The notes beneath the pieces are model-generated. The model had not been told where the DNA came from and did not search any database. It saw only the letters and a program-made list of their open reading frames with translations. From assembly GCF_004010195.1 (NCBI RefSeq), contig NC_057719.1:2822068-2882344 (forward strand): DNA of 60,277 nucleotides, written 5' to 3'. How positions within the stretch are numbered: the first letter of the stretch is position 1; each line of letters opens with the position of its first letter. This document shows, in pieces, positions 25,944-38,070 of the stretch. The stretch comes from Chiloscyllium plagiosum. Lineage: Eukaryota. A program made the translations under genes and the position numbers.

Positions 25944-26439
25944 TTTTCGTAACAAACAGTCCGGGTCTTTTTCAACATATAATTTCAGTTACATCACACT
26001 GCAAACTTCTGCTATAAATTCTGTGTCTTACAATCTTATACTCCACAATCGCCTGAAGAAGCAGCGCTCTGAAAGCTAGTGCTTCCAGTTAAACCTGTTG
26101 GACTATAAATAGATAAGGTAGTTAGTTTTCCCCACAGTAGGGGAGTCTAAAACTAGAAGGAATAGGTTTAACTGAGAGGAGAGAGATACAAAAGGGGTCC
26201 AGAGCGGCAATTTGTTCACACAGGTGGTGAATGTCTGAAACAGGCTGCCAGAGGTAGTGATGGAGGCAAGTTCAATTTCATCATTTTAAGAAACATTTGA
26301 ACAGGTACATAGATGAGATAGGTATGAAGGGATGTGGACCAAATGCACACAAGTGAGACCAGTTTTTGTAAAAACTCTGTGGTACAGACAAGTTGGGCTG
26401 AAGAGCCTGTTTCCATGCTGTAAACCTCCATGACTCTGG

Positions 26440-29400
26440 AGTTGAGACCAGGATAGGATCAGCCATTATCATATTAAATAGTGGAGTGGGCTCAAAGGGC
26501 TTAATTTCCTACTCTTGATCCTAATTCCTATGTTTCTAAATATGTATGATATTCATTTTTTAGGAAAACCAGACAAGAGGTAAAGGAGATAGGGTGGTAT
26601 TGTTGACTCAAGAGTTCATTAACACAACAGTAATGAAGGAGAACAGTTTCAGTGAAGTGGTATCTGTATGGTATACCTTAGAAACATCAAGTGGGAGAAA
26701 ATTATGGTGAGGTTTGAAGATCGATCCTCCACTAGTGGTAATATTGGAGAAGGTAGACAAGGAAGTAACACCAGTATAGCTGTAATTGTAGGTGATTTTA
26801 ATCTGCATATCATTTGACTAAATCAAGTCAATACATTGAGGAGCAGCCCATCCTAGAATGTGTACTGATAAAGAAGTAATTAGTATCCTAGCTGTGAGAG
26901 GTCCTTTGGGGGCAAATGTCATAATATGATCATATTCTTCTTTAAGTTGTAGAGTACACAGTTGATTCTGAAACTGGAGTCCTGAATCTAAATATAAGAA
27001 ATACAATGGTATGAGGTGTGAGCTGATGATAGGTTGGAGAACATTACTAAAAGGAATGGTAAACATCACGAGTGCACTAAGAACTGCAAACAATTGTTCA
27101 TTCCTGCATGGCATAAAAATAAACAAAGTTTGTTTCACCATGGCTAACATTGTAAATTTAGAACATTATCAGATTTAAGGAAAAGACAGGCAAATTGGCT
27201 TTAAAAAAGCAGCAGACGCGAGGACTGGGTGCAGTTTAAATTCAGCAATGGAAGACAAAGGGAATAATTAAGAAGGGGAGGAAATAGAGTACAAGAATAA
27301 GTTTGCAGGGAACATACAAACTTATTATAAAAGCTTCTACAGGTATGTGAAGAGAAAAATGTGAAGACAAAGGTAGGTTCCTTATAGTCAGAAACAGGAA
27401 AATTATGATGGAGAATAAACAGATGGCAAACCAATTAAACATGAATTTTGGTTCTGTCTTTCTAAAGGACGGCACAAATAACGTTGCATAACGCTGGAGA
27501 ACACATGGTCTAGTGAGACAGAGAAACTGAAGGAAATCCGTATTAGTAAGGAAATGATGTTTAGGAAATTAATAGGATTAAGCAATGACTAATCCCAATG
27601 TTCTGAATCTACATCCCTGAGTATTTAAGGAAGTGACCAAGAAATAGTCGAAGCATCAGTGGACATTTTTCAAGATTGTACCAATTCTGGAACAGTTTCT
27701 ACGATTTGGATAGTGGCTAATGCGACCCCATTATTTAATAAAGGGGGTAGAGAGAAAACAGGGAGGTGTTGACCAGTCAATGCTACAGATTTAAAGCAGA
27801 ACTCTTGGAAAACCGAGACAAGATGGGACAGAGTCAGTATAGATTTTACAAAAAGGAAATCCCACTTGACAAAACTACTGGAATTTTGTAAAGACATAAC
27901 TAGTAAAGATAAGAGAGCCAATGCATGTGGTTTACTTGGAACTTTCAGAAGACTTTCAATACGGTCCCACATAAGAGATCAGAAGTATAATTAAGGTACA
28001 TGGGATTAGGAGTAATGAACTGACATGGTCAGACAACTGGTTGGCAGACTGGAAATGAAGAGTAGGAATTAATGGGTAATTTTCTGATTGGCAACCAGTG
28101 CTGTACCACAGGGATCAGTGCTTGGACCCAATCTACTCATAGTATACATTAATATGTTAGATGAGGAAACAAAATGTAATACCTCATGTTTTGAGAACTA
28201 AAAAAAAGTGGGTGGGAGGGTGAACTGTGAGGAGGATCCAAAAATGCTTCAGGATGATTTAAACACTAGTCAGTAAATGCATGGCAAATGAAATCTATTG
28301 TGGACGAATATGAAGTTACCCATTTTGGTAGCAAACATAGGAAGGCAAATTATTTTCTGAACGTCAGGAGATTGGGTAAGTGGGAGGTGCAATGAAACCT
28401 GCATATCCTTGTACACCAGTTGCTGAATGTAAGGGTACAGATGCAGCAGGCAAATGTTAGCCTTCATTAACAGAGGATTGGAATCTTTTGTTGCAATTGT
28501 TCAGTTGCCTTAGTAAGACCACATCTGGGTCATCTGCATTGCTCTCTTCTTTGAAGAAAGGATATTCTGGCTAAAGAGGGGGTTACCAGATTGACTCCTG
28601 GGAATGGCAGGACTGGAATGAAGAGACCAGATTAGTTAGGACTATATTTATTGGAGTTTGGAAGAATGGCAAGAGTGAATCTCTCAGAAATCTATAAAAC
28701 TACAAGAGGACGAGGCAAGGTGAAGGCAGAAAGGATATTCCTGATGACTGGTGAGTCCATAAACAGGATCAGTCTGAGGAACAAAAACAGAACTTCTCCC
28801 AACATCTGTTGGGACAAATTATTTAACATTTTGGGGACCTGAAACATTAACTCTAATTTCTCTCCACAGATGCTGCCACCTGCTGCACTTCTCAAGCAAT
28901 TTCTGTTTCTGTTTCTGATTTCCAGCATCTGCAGTTCTTTTATTTTTTGTCAGTCTAAGTATATGGGGTAGGTCAATTAGGACTAAAATGAGGCAAAATT
29001 CCTTCACCCATAATGAGGAGCATTTGCAATTCTCTGCCACAGAAAGTTCCTGAGGCTAAAGCATTAAATATTTTGACAGACTTAGATATACTTCTTAAAT
29101 CTAAAGGGATCAAAGGGGAGGAATCAACCAGGAAACTACAGACCAGTAAGTCTAACATCTGTGGTAGGGAAACTATTTAAAAGAATCTGAGGAATAGGAT
29201 TAAACCCTACTTGACGAGGCAAGAAATAAGTATTTTATTTGGCTTAACAGGGTGGGATTATGTCTGACAAGTTTGATAGAATTTTGCAAGTTTGTAATAA
29301 GATGCGAATATGAGAGAGCCTATGTGGACTTAAGGCTTTTGACAAGGTTTTAATAGTTCACTGGACAACAAGGTAAGGACCCATGGGATTGAGGGCAATT

Positions 29401-30270
29401 TGGTAAATTTTATTCAAAACTAGCTTAGTGGCTGAAGGCAAAGTGTGATGGCTGAAGGTTGTTTTTGTGACTGGAAGTTTGTGTCCAGTAGTAGGGTTTG
29501 GTGTCGTGTCCTGTGCTGTTTGTAGTGTACATTGTCTAGACATTAATGTAGGAGGTATTGTCAATAGGTTTGCATATGACCCAAAAATCAGTAGTGTAGA
29601 AAATAGCAGGGAAAAAAATCAGACCACACGACAATACAGACAAGCTGGTCAGATGAACAGAACAAGGGCAAGTGGTAATTAATCCTGAAAAGTGTTAATT
29701 ACGAATTTTGGGAGGACTACAAGGCAAGGGAACAGATGATAAATGGCAGGACCTGGGAAATACACAGGATCAGGATTTACATGTCCATAGATCCTTGAAG
29801 GCATCAAGAGTTAGATAAGGTGGTTAAGCCGGTTTATGGGAAGCTTGCTTTTATGAATACAGAGTTTTGATTATTTAAATAAAACATTATTTCAGCAACA
29901 GCAGGACTACTGTGCGCAGTTCTTTCACTTGGCATAAGGCTAAAGCTGAGAGGTCACATGCACCTGTGAATTTTAAATAAATAAAAAGAAATAGCCACGG
30001 AGATAGTGGATGGACTGGTAATAATCTTCCAAAAATCTGTGGCTTCTGGAAGAATCTCAGGATTAGAAAAAAATCCAATGTAATTCCTTTATTCGAAAAG
30101 AGATAACAATAAAACAAGTATAGGTCAGTTAGCTTAACGTCCATCGTTGGGAAAATGCAGTGATTTATTCTAACATATGCAATAATACAGCATTTATACA
30201 TGATAAAATAAAGCAAAGTCAGTGAAGCTTCATAAGATGATACGTTTTTCTGACCTTATTGAGGTGAATC
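26440..30270 (+). mobile_element. Cluster of old, heavily degraded CR1 copies
   Basis: Remnant motifs GTAGGTGATTTTAAT (VGDFN), CAGGGATCAGTGCTTGGACC (QGSVLGP), GTAAGACCACATCTG, AACTACAGACCAGTAAGTCTAACATCTGTGGTAGGGAAA. Confidence 0.8.
28778..28950 (+). mobile_element. Old PLE pseudo-LTR remnant inserted in CR1
   Basis: GAAACATTAACTC..CACAGATGCTGCC..TTTCCAGCATCTGCAG resembles the other pLTR tails. Flanked by TCAGTCTGAG/TCAGTCTAAG. Confidence 0.6.
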
Positions 30271-30544
30271 CTCTAGATTTATGCATTTTTATTGTACTGA
30301 GAAAGCCAACATTCTCTGCAAAATGTAACATTCAGGGCACATTCAGATCCAGAAGTGGCACCATTTAAATCTGGGGTCACTCAGGACAGTTCAAAGGGAG
30401 AAAGACCAAGAACTCAAAGGAGACCCACCTTGGAGATCAGGAAAAAGAGGGTAGATTCCATGTCAGAAGTTGTATGTTTTAGCAATAATACAACAAAGAC
30501 AACTGACTTACTGTGTTGCTTTGGTGTCAGATACATTGTAGGGG

Positions 30545-30868
30545 GATGGTGGTGTAGTGGCAATGTCACTGGCTAGTATGTCAGAACTGCAGAAAAATGC
30601 TGAGTGAACGTGAGTTTGAATTCCATCATGGTCGATGGTGAAATTCAAATTTAATAAAATCCAGAATTAAAAATGAACCAGTGAAACCATTTGTCAACTG
30701 TCATCAAAACCCACCTGGCTCCCTATTACCCTTTCGGGATGGAAATTTGAGGCCAATACCTGGTCTGGCCGATATGAGTCTCCAGGAGACCTGCAGCAAT
30801 ATGGCTGACTCTTAACTGTCCTCTGAAATGGGCTGGCAGGCCATTATTTGGAGGACAATTAATGACAA
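30545..30868 (+). mobile_element. tRNA-derived SINE, interrupted near its tail by a solo LTR
   Basis: A-box-like GGTGGTGTAGTGG and B-box-like GAGTTTGAATTCC. The tail appears to resume after 31562. Confidence 0.7.
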
Positions 30869-31562
30869 TGTTATGAAGATGTGGGTGCACTTTTAAGAGA
30901 GTTAAAAGCAGCAGAACTAATGGACAAAGAACCAAGTGTTCTCAATAAGGCAACAATGTAACACTGGGGTCGAACAACTCGATTAGTTTGTTGCCTGGAG
31001 ACAAAAACACATTTGAATTTGACTAAAGTTTAAATTCTACCCTGTGAAAAATACCAATTTCCATGAAGTTTGAATTGAGTATATTGACAATCTTAAAAGC
31101 TAATGACACAATCTGATGCTCTGGGGTATAAGACCAAGGAAAATTGAACAATTGGAAGGAGAACTGCTAAGCCCTAGAATGTAACAGACTGCTCAAAAAA
31201 ATCTCTTAAAAGTACCTTTTCAATCAGTAACCTGTGAAGCAGAAATTCCTAACAAGGAGAAAAGACACAGGAAGATCCAAAGACAAGAACCTGCAGCTGT
31301 CTTGCTTTGAGATAAGCGTTGATTTGTAAATATTAAGAGTTTTATCCGACTAGTGTTACAGAAAGGTAAAAGATAGGTTAGAGAAAGAAATTGTAAATAG
31401 TGGTTAGTTAATTATTCTGTTATACTTTAAGAAATAAACTTGTTAATTTTTACTTTACATAGTTGTTGGCCACTCAAACTTTTACAGATTACTGCACGGG
31501 ATACATCTTTTCTGTGTTGCCTGTTTTAAATTAAGCAGCAGAGTTTACCCCATGTTGTAACA
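30869..31562 (+). mobile_element. Solo LTR of the Gmr1-like Gypsy group
   Basis: TGTTATG...TTGTAACA termini. Shares blocks (ACAGATTACTGCAC, ATCTTTTCTGTGTTGC, TTTGAATT) with the LTR at 50768-51502. Confidence 0.85.
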
Positions 31563-33385
31563 AATGCCAATACCTGAATCACATAAGTGAACAAGTTTAA
31601 CAGCTTTCTATAGATGGAGCTCAGGGAAATATTAAATGAGAAACAGGCCATCTTCATGCAGACATGTAAGTTCTTGCTGCAAAGGTCAGTAAATCTCATT
31701 AAACTTCACTTGTGCCAGTCCAGCTGTGAAACCTCCTCTCAAGGTGTCATAGACTGAATGATAATACATTTCTGGAGACCCAGTGAGAAGTCAAGAGCAA
31801 TTGTATATTTCTGTTTTGTTAGAACTCAGGCCAGGTTCTAGCAGTTATTTGGAAGCTAGGTATTGCAGCTAGGGTTTAGAAAGTGTCGTGGCTCAAAAAA
31901 AGCCAAGTTCCACTAACAGCTCAATACAACTGAGAGTCCGGGTGGGACTGGAAAATCCATATAACAGTATTTGCTTCAAACAAATGAGCAAAGGAAAGGT
32001 CTAGTTTGGTGATGCTGGATATTAGAGAAGAGCCATAATTTGCCTCTGAATAAGCTGGATCTGCAAAAGTGAAATATTGTAATCCCTTGTGAAGTTTAAT
32101 AAGAGATGATGACCCATTGTTTTATTAATGTAAGAGGAGCTACTGAGAAATGCATGGCATCTATCTTTATCAAACCTCCTATTTTTTTGCTTTCTGTGAG
32201 GTGTTTGAACACAGTATATTCATGCCTCTGTATCCACGAAATCAGTTTTTGTAAATTAGCCTATCTGCGCCAAAGAAAAAGCAACCAATTAATTAACATC
32301 AGTGGGCAAAAAGCACATAACCACAACCACTTGTGCGGAAAAACAAAGTTGCCCTTGTGCCCCTTTGTGCTATCATTATGGTTCCCCAGCAAAGTGGTAG
32401 TACTAGTGTGCCTATGTGCAAGAAGTGGTGATGAAGTTCAGTGAAGAGGTGAAAGTGTTGGATAAGTTGTAAAGTGCTAAGTTGGCTAGTGCTGCAGTCC
32501 AAGTTCGGCCTCAATAAGTCTACTGTTCAGTCAAGCAGGAGAAAAGAGGCCGAATTAAGAAAATGTGCTCCTTAGAGTGCAAAGGTGATATCTGGGTGCA
32601 GGATATCAACTATAAGATGATCGAAAAGAGGCTTAGTTTGAGGATTGAGGAGATGGTAACAGAGAAGAAAACCATAGCGGCAAGCGTTGTGCATCTCTAA
32701 ACATGTGATGAAAGACGTGCAGGATGCTGAGCCTTTCACAGCCATTTGGAAGCACTATGGCCTTAACAACATCAAGTGAGTGGGAAAGAAGGTTCCTGAG
32801 TAGGAGGCCCCTAACACATTTGTGGAAGTGACTGAGGAGAAGAGATATAGATTGCGCAAGTATTTAATGTGGACAAAACAAGCTTCTTCTATAAGCAAAT
32901 GGGGCCCAGCTTGCACATCACTAAGTAAGTCACCACAGTGTCACAAAATGAATCAGGAGGATATTGAACTGATGATGGATGCATATTTAGGCACCAATAA
33001 ATGGAGACGGGTTAAGGCCAAAACTAACCGGTCGGAAGGCTCCTTATAAGAACTATTAGGACAACTGTGGGAGGATGTGAAGAAGGCACTAGGCAAAGCT
33101 ACCTGAAAACTGTTGACTGGTGAAAAATCCATGAGCTTATGCAGAAAATTGATGAGGATGTGGTGGAATTACGTTGAACAACTCCTCTTGGTTTTTGAAT
33201 GATACTTAGGTATTGAGGGAAACGCGGGGACTCCTACCCTTGTCAGTACTATTGGAAACAGGTTGCACATACTGTCTGTGTAGGATGGGAACCTAAGAAC
33301 CTAACGAAATCTTGATTATCCTACAACATTGCCTGTACCAATTACTCCAGCGCCAGCTCCAGCAGCAGAAAAATAAGGAAAGACC

Positions 33386-34478
33386 ATTAATGGGAAGCCC
33401 TCTATGTTTCTGGTGGACACTAGGGCCACATACTCCGCTTTGAAAATGTCAAATTACCCTACTCTAAAAAGGACTGGTCAGACAGTTAAGTTGTAGGATT
33501 GATGGGACAACACATACCATACCCATGTCGGAGGACATATTGTGTGATATTCAGGGCTGGACTGAACATCAATTCTTGTTTGCAGATGGCATTGCTTGTA
33601 ATCTCCAGTGAAGGAATCTACTCTACAAAACAATGTGCTCCCTCATTTGTACAACTACAGGCTTTGAATTACAGGTCCGAACACAAAAATAGGGCAATGT
33701 CTATGAGCTCCTACAAAGACACATGCCCTGTTGTCTGGTGGTGACACATGATTAACAAGACCAACTCTTAGTTGACGCTCCAGGTACTCCTGCAACTACT
33801 GGAGCTCCCTCAGGTACCATCCCATTTGCAGTCCAACACTCCGGACGTCTCTACATGGCATTGCCAATTACACTGTATTGCGTATGATGATGATGATAAT
33901 GGCAGTGATCAAGAATGAGTCAAAGACTTCTGGCTAGATTGGTCAGTCTTTCTTTATGACTGCTCCATCTTTATATGTCGGAAAGGAGGGTGTTGCCCTA
34001 TCCATCCCTCTACTGCCCAGTGCCCAGGTACTGTAAAGCCAGCCTCCTTCGAGATTTCCCCACTGCTCTCTCAACATAGCATTTGGATTTAAGGCAAAGA
34101 GCCTGGGCTGCATGATTTATAGACTACAGTCACAGCCACCCTCTAGACCAAGGCGATACAGGAGACATCCTCACTAAACATGCTCTACAACTGACAGATA
34201 CATGCTGACCACCAGATTTGAACACATCCTTGCACGCATTCTCCAGCCATCGTCTCTTCTCCCAGCCCAGATCCCAGTACCCTTTGGGTGACCCACCCAA
34301 CAATGTAGGGCGCAACCTATCGGCTGAGTCCTTTAAGGTTAAGATCAACTCTATCAAGCCACATCCTCACAGACCCCTGTATCCACTCAGCCGTGCAGCA
34401 GAGGAAGGGATCGTCCCTGTTATTACTTACCTGCTCCAACAAGGAATCATCATTCTCACTGTCAGCCCGTTCTGCTAG
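33386..34478 (+). pseudogene. pol: ERV pro-pol remnant including a putative 2H-phosphoesterase-like domain
   Basis: LVDT(R)ATYS; LHCI at 33868-33879 and PHCSL at 34058-34072; RT N-terminus in ORF 34218-34478. Stops and frameshifts are present. Confidence 0.75.
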
Positions 34479-34619
34479 TAAGAAAGCCCAGAAGGCCGCC
34501 TTCACATCCTCCCACAGCTGTCCTAAATAGTTCTTATGATAATGAGCTCCTCAGCTCCTGCCTGACCTGCTGTGCTTTTCTAGCACCACACGATTGATTT
34601 GTTTTTCTAGTCCCATTCA

Positions 34620-35170
34620 TGCATCACCTTTATGACCTCTTTGAAATCTAATCTGCAGTACACAAACATGCCATCACAGAAACAGAACAATTCTTTGCTC
34701 TTTTGTTCCCCACCTACAGAACAACCGAGTTGGCCAGTGAATCTATCAATGTGGCATCTATCCGAGAACAGATAGCCAATTACACCTCTCAGGCCCTTGA
34801 TAAGATTACTGCTGAAATGATTGCTCTACGAGCCACCTCGATGCAGAATTGCATAACTCTGAACTGGATCATAGCCAGAAAAGATGATACCTGTGCCCTT
34901 ATAGGTCAGAAATGTTGCACCTACATCCCTAAAAACTCTGAAAATCACCAACCTGGATGACCATATCCATAAGGAAATGAACAAACTTCAGCAAACACCC
35001 TGGCTTCAAAGGCCCAGTAGGCTGGCTTAAAGCCACCCCGGGGTATCGGTGTGGCTCAATTGTGTGGTAGGGTACTGCTCCAGATTGTCAATCTTGGTTC
35101 TGATAGGGTGCAGCAGGACCCTTTGCACTAGTTGTGAAAAACAAACTACAGCCAGTGCCACGGTTTAACA
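34620..35170 (+). pseudogene. env: ERV envelope transmembrane subunit remnant
   Basis: Heptad region, ISD-like MQNCITLNWIIA, and CX6CC motif CALIGQKCCTYIP. Confidence 0.9.
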
Positions 35171-35257
35171 GCTGATAGTATCCAAAGATAAGGATGAAGA
35201 TAGAATTCCAGAGGCTGGGCCAGATTGAGCCCTAAGGTTTTGTCCTGAATGAGGGGG

Positions 35258-35690
35258 TGTGGAAGGAATCAAAATGGGGACAGGAAAGCAAGACAGCTGA
35301 ACATGCTCACAAGCTAACACTAACCACACCTGGTTCCAGCTAAGCGAGAAAGTAGGACAGCTAAGCTTGTTCACAAGCTAGCATTAACTGCACATGGTTC
35401 CAGTTAAGTGCAGCAAGTTCTAAACCACGCCCAAGTGATGCTGCAAAAGCTTAAGGCAGATGATCTACTGATGAAGTGTCATGTTGCTAAATCAGAATAT
35501 GACTGGTCTGTTGTGTTGCTAAGGCATGAGATCAAAATGTAATTAGTCAATAAAGGGGATGCTAATTAGTGCATAAGTGTGATTGCAACCACCTGTTGCG
35601 AGACCCGCCACGCTGGGTTTTCTACGACCCACTGGTCGACTCTCCTTGCATGCAGGTAACAAAGAAAGCATTGTACAGCATACTATCGTC
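35258..35690 (+). repeat. Probable ERV 3' LTR (right end uncertain) with an internal ~64-bp tandem duplication
   Basis: Follows the PPT. TCACAAGCTAACACTAAC..TGGTTCCAG occurs at about 35307 and again at about 35371. Confidence 0.6.
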
Positions 35691-36129
35691 CAAATGATCT
35701 TGACAACTACACATAGAACCTGCACCAGATTGCTTGCCAAGCCGTCTACAGACAAAAAACTGACGATGATGAAGCAACTCAACATCTGTCACATTATCAA
35801 CTTTGTGATGTCTCTTGAGAGGCCACATAATCTACCATTGACAACTGCTGGAAGATCTGGCCTAAACATGTGATTAACTTTGAAAGCTTTCACAGCATTA
35901 ACTGTGGCGTCAAGAATATCCTATGTTTGGCCAAGAAGATCAGAGGGAAAGACTTTGATGACATTAATAAGAATGAAATTGAGGACATGCTGACCCAAAC
36001 GCCCAAAGAAGCAACAAATGAGATAGACAAGATAGCTAACGGGTGGTTCAATAATGGTGACAATGACATTGAAGGTCTTCCCAAGGTCAAGCCTCTTACT
36101 TCAGTGAACGTATCATCCCAGCTGGGACT

Positions 36130-36470
36130 GGACAGACTGGTTGCAGGAAGAATGTTCGCAGTATAGAGGAAGTCCAGAACTAGGGGGTCACAGTCTGAGA
36201 ATAGGGGGTAAGCCATTCAGGACTGAGACGAGGAAGAATTTCTTCAGAGTTGTGAACCTGTGGAATTCTCTACCACAGAAAGCTGATGGGGCCAGTTCCT
36301 CAGATATATTCAAGGGAGAGCTGGACATGGCCCATGCAACAAAAAGGATCGAAGGGTACGGAGAAAAAGCAGGAGACTGATATTGAAAACACATGATCAG
36401 CTATGATATTGAATGGTGGTGTAAGTTTGATTGGCTGAATGGCCGACTCCTGCACCTATTTTCTATGTTT
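36130..36470 (+). mobile_element. CR1 3' end
   Basis: GHSLRIGGKPFRTETRKNFFRVVNLWNSLP; tail CTCCTGCACCTATTTTCTATG. Confidence 0.9.
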
Positions 36471-38070
36471 TTACACTTAATACCATGTGCAGGGAGCTGC
36501 AAGAATCTGATCCCATACTTGAACAGAGCCTCAAGTTCAACAGGGCACTTGAGATCAGAAGTCTCCCATACTTCGAGCTCAAGGATATCTAGTGACAGGG
36601 ACTACAAACAACACTGACACAATTCCTATGACATGTTTCAGAACAGGGCTCATCCCATCAACCCTCCATGAGCAAGGATACAGGTGCTCAGGAGGATGAA
36701 CAGGTCAAGAAAAGCCTTGAGGACATCTGCCAACTGGAGGCAGAGGAGGACAATGAATCATCAGGTGAGAGTGGCTGGAGAGAGGCATGTCTACATCATA
36801 ATAACCATCCATAACCTCCCCTAACATCACCTGCTCTTGATCCATAGAATTTCGCTCTTTCATTGCTTAGTTAGAATATATTACAATGTTTTTAACATTT
36901 CATTTTATTAATAGTAACTTTTATTTCAGATGTTTTATTGTTTAAGAAAATAGTATTGATATAAAAGGTGACAAAATTTAAAAGTTATTGGCAAAGGAAA
37001 TGGTTGTGTTCTTATGGTCAAGTGTTGGTATGATAGGTGATGACGAACTATAGGAAAAGAAAACGTGTGTAGTAGTGAAAAAGCATTCAAGAAAGAAAAC
37101 AGTACTAACCGATGAGGCCATCTCGACAGAAAAAGGCAGTCACCGGCTGGGATACTCGGGTAGACTCTGTTCCATTTTATCCGTCACTTAGGCTACTGAC
37201 TGTATAGATACTGTACACTTTTTATTATGCATTCTCTTATATTAAAAAAAAATTCTATTTAACTATTAACTTAATGTGCCTGAACCCGGTGTCTGTCCAC
37301 TCTATCAGCTCATCTTTTTAATATTTGTTTTCATGTTACCTTCTGGAGAGAGCTCAGTCATGAAGACTGCTGTGGTGACAGCATTAGAGTCTTCAGAGTA
37401 GCAGTAGCTGGGACAAAGTAGACATTGACACTGAATAGCAAGGCAGTTGGTGAGCCTGGGTGGCCTTTGCTGACAGAGCAGCTGATGAGCCCAGATGCCA
37501 GCCAGAAGTGAGCAACTCAACCCAGAAGGGGGAAGAGTGTACCCTCGTGTGGAAAGCCCAGCATGGAGCAATTGCAGGCCCATGGCTAAAAGAGGGACTG
37601 CAATGTTGAACAATTAATTGTATTCTTCATTTTTCTACTTTATAAGTATAACGGTGAATTTTTCATTGCACTCGTCTACTTGAGTACACATGACAATAAA
37701 ACCTAATTCTAATTTATTGTTTTAACCCCAAAAGAAACCTGGCACCATTTTACCAATTCAAGGGTGCATCATGATCCACAGGTTGTGACCATTGTGATTG
37801 CGAATGTGAATTTAATGTAAAGATATTTTGAGCTGCTCAGGAACTGTACAGAATTTTCTGCAGCAACAAGCTGTACATGAATTGTACAGAAATTAAAGAA
37901 GCTAACTTTAGAGAATACTGGATTGAATACGTTGTGACAATGAATTTATATGGTCATGTAGTCATAGAATTTTACAGTATGGAAAGAGACCCTTCTACTC
38001 ATTGTGTCTGCACTGGTCACCAACCACCTATTTAAGCTAGTTGCATTTTCCAGCACTTGGCCTGTAGCCT

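Larger units (their letters stand above)
21624..26108. mobile_element. Large inverted pair of PLE 3' ends (GIY-YIG C-terminus, (CA)n-rich tail, pseudo-LTR); centre near 23964; both arms interrupted
   Basis: Minus arm pieces at 21624-21690, 22651-22818 and 23481-23964 (SLPVREHFSSLGHSISDLRVTVLEGG..RLITMFGSHEDGLN). Plus arm at 23965-24831 and 25946-26108, with a degenerate HHR CTGAAGA..GAAAGCTA at 26052-26080. Confidence 0.85.
18620..26435 (+). mobile_element. Decayed CR1 LINE hosting a SINE and a multi-layer PLE/CR1 nest (CR1 parts ~18620-21620 and 26109-26435)
   Basis: APE and RT motifs at 18980-21600. The ORF breaks at EVYKIMRG (21616) and resumes at ATAGATAAG (26109) through to the CR1 tail. 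Confidence 0.85.
32940..35690 (+). mobile_element. Decayed gamma/epsilon-like endogenous retrovirus fragment (gag remnant, pro, extra domain, RT N-terminus, env TM, 3' LTR)
   Basis: Protease INGKPSMFLVDTRATYSAL (33386-33442), RT start RPLYPLSRAAEEGIVPVITYLLQQGII..VSPF, env TM, and PPT GAGGGGG followed by TG at 35258. Confidence 0.85.
32400..36700 (+). mobile_element. Tigger/pogo transposase relic split by an ERV (~32940-35690) and a CR1 tail (36130-36470)
   Basis: CENP-B-like HTH remnants at 32420-32660, QVFNVDKTSFFYKQM at about 32857-32900, and C-terminal KNILCLAKKIRGKDFDDINKNEIEDML at 35870-36000. Confidence 0.7.

Noticed and set aside
31900..32075. Minus-strand exon after a good acceptor (TTCACTTTTGCAG)
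   Set aside because: All three frames hit stops without a convincing donor or a recognisable peptide.
33841..34130. Functional link between the ERV cyclic-phosphodiesterase-like domain and nearby hammerheads (which leave 2',3'-cyclic phosphates)
   Set aside because: They belong to independent elements in a repeat-dense region, so co-location carries no evidence.
37615..37715. Host polyadenylation site (GACAATAAAA)
   Set aside because: The context resembles a LINE 3' tail remnant, and no upstream gene is supported.
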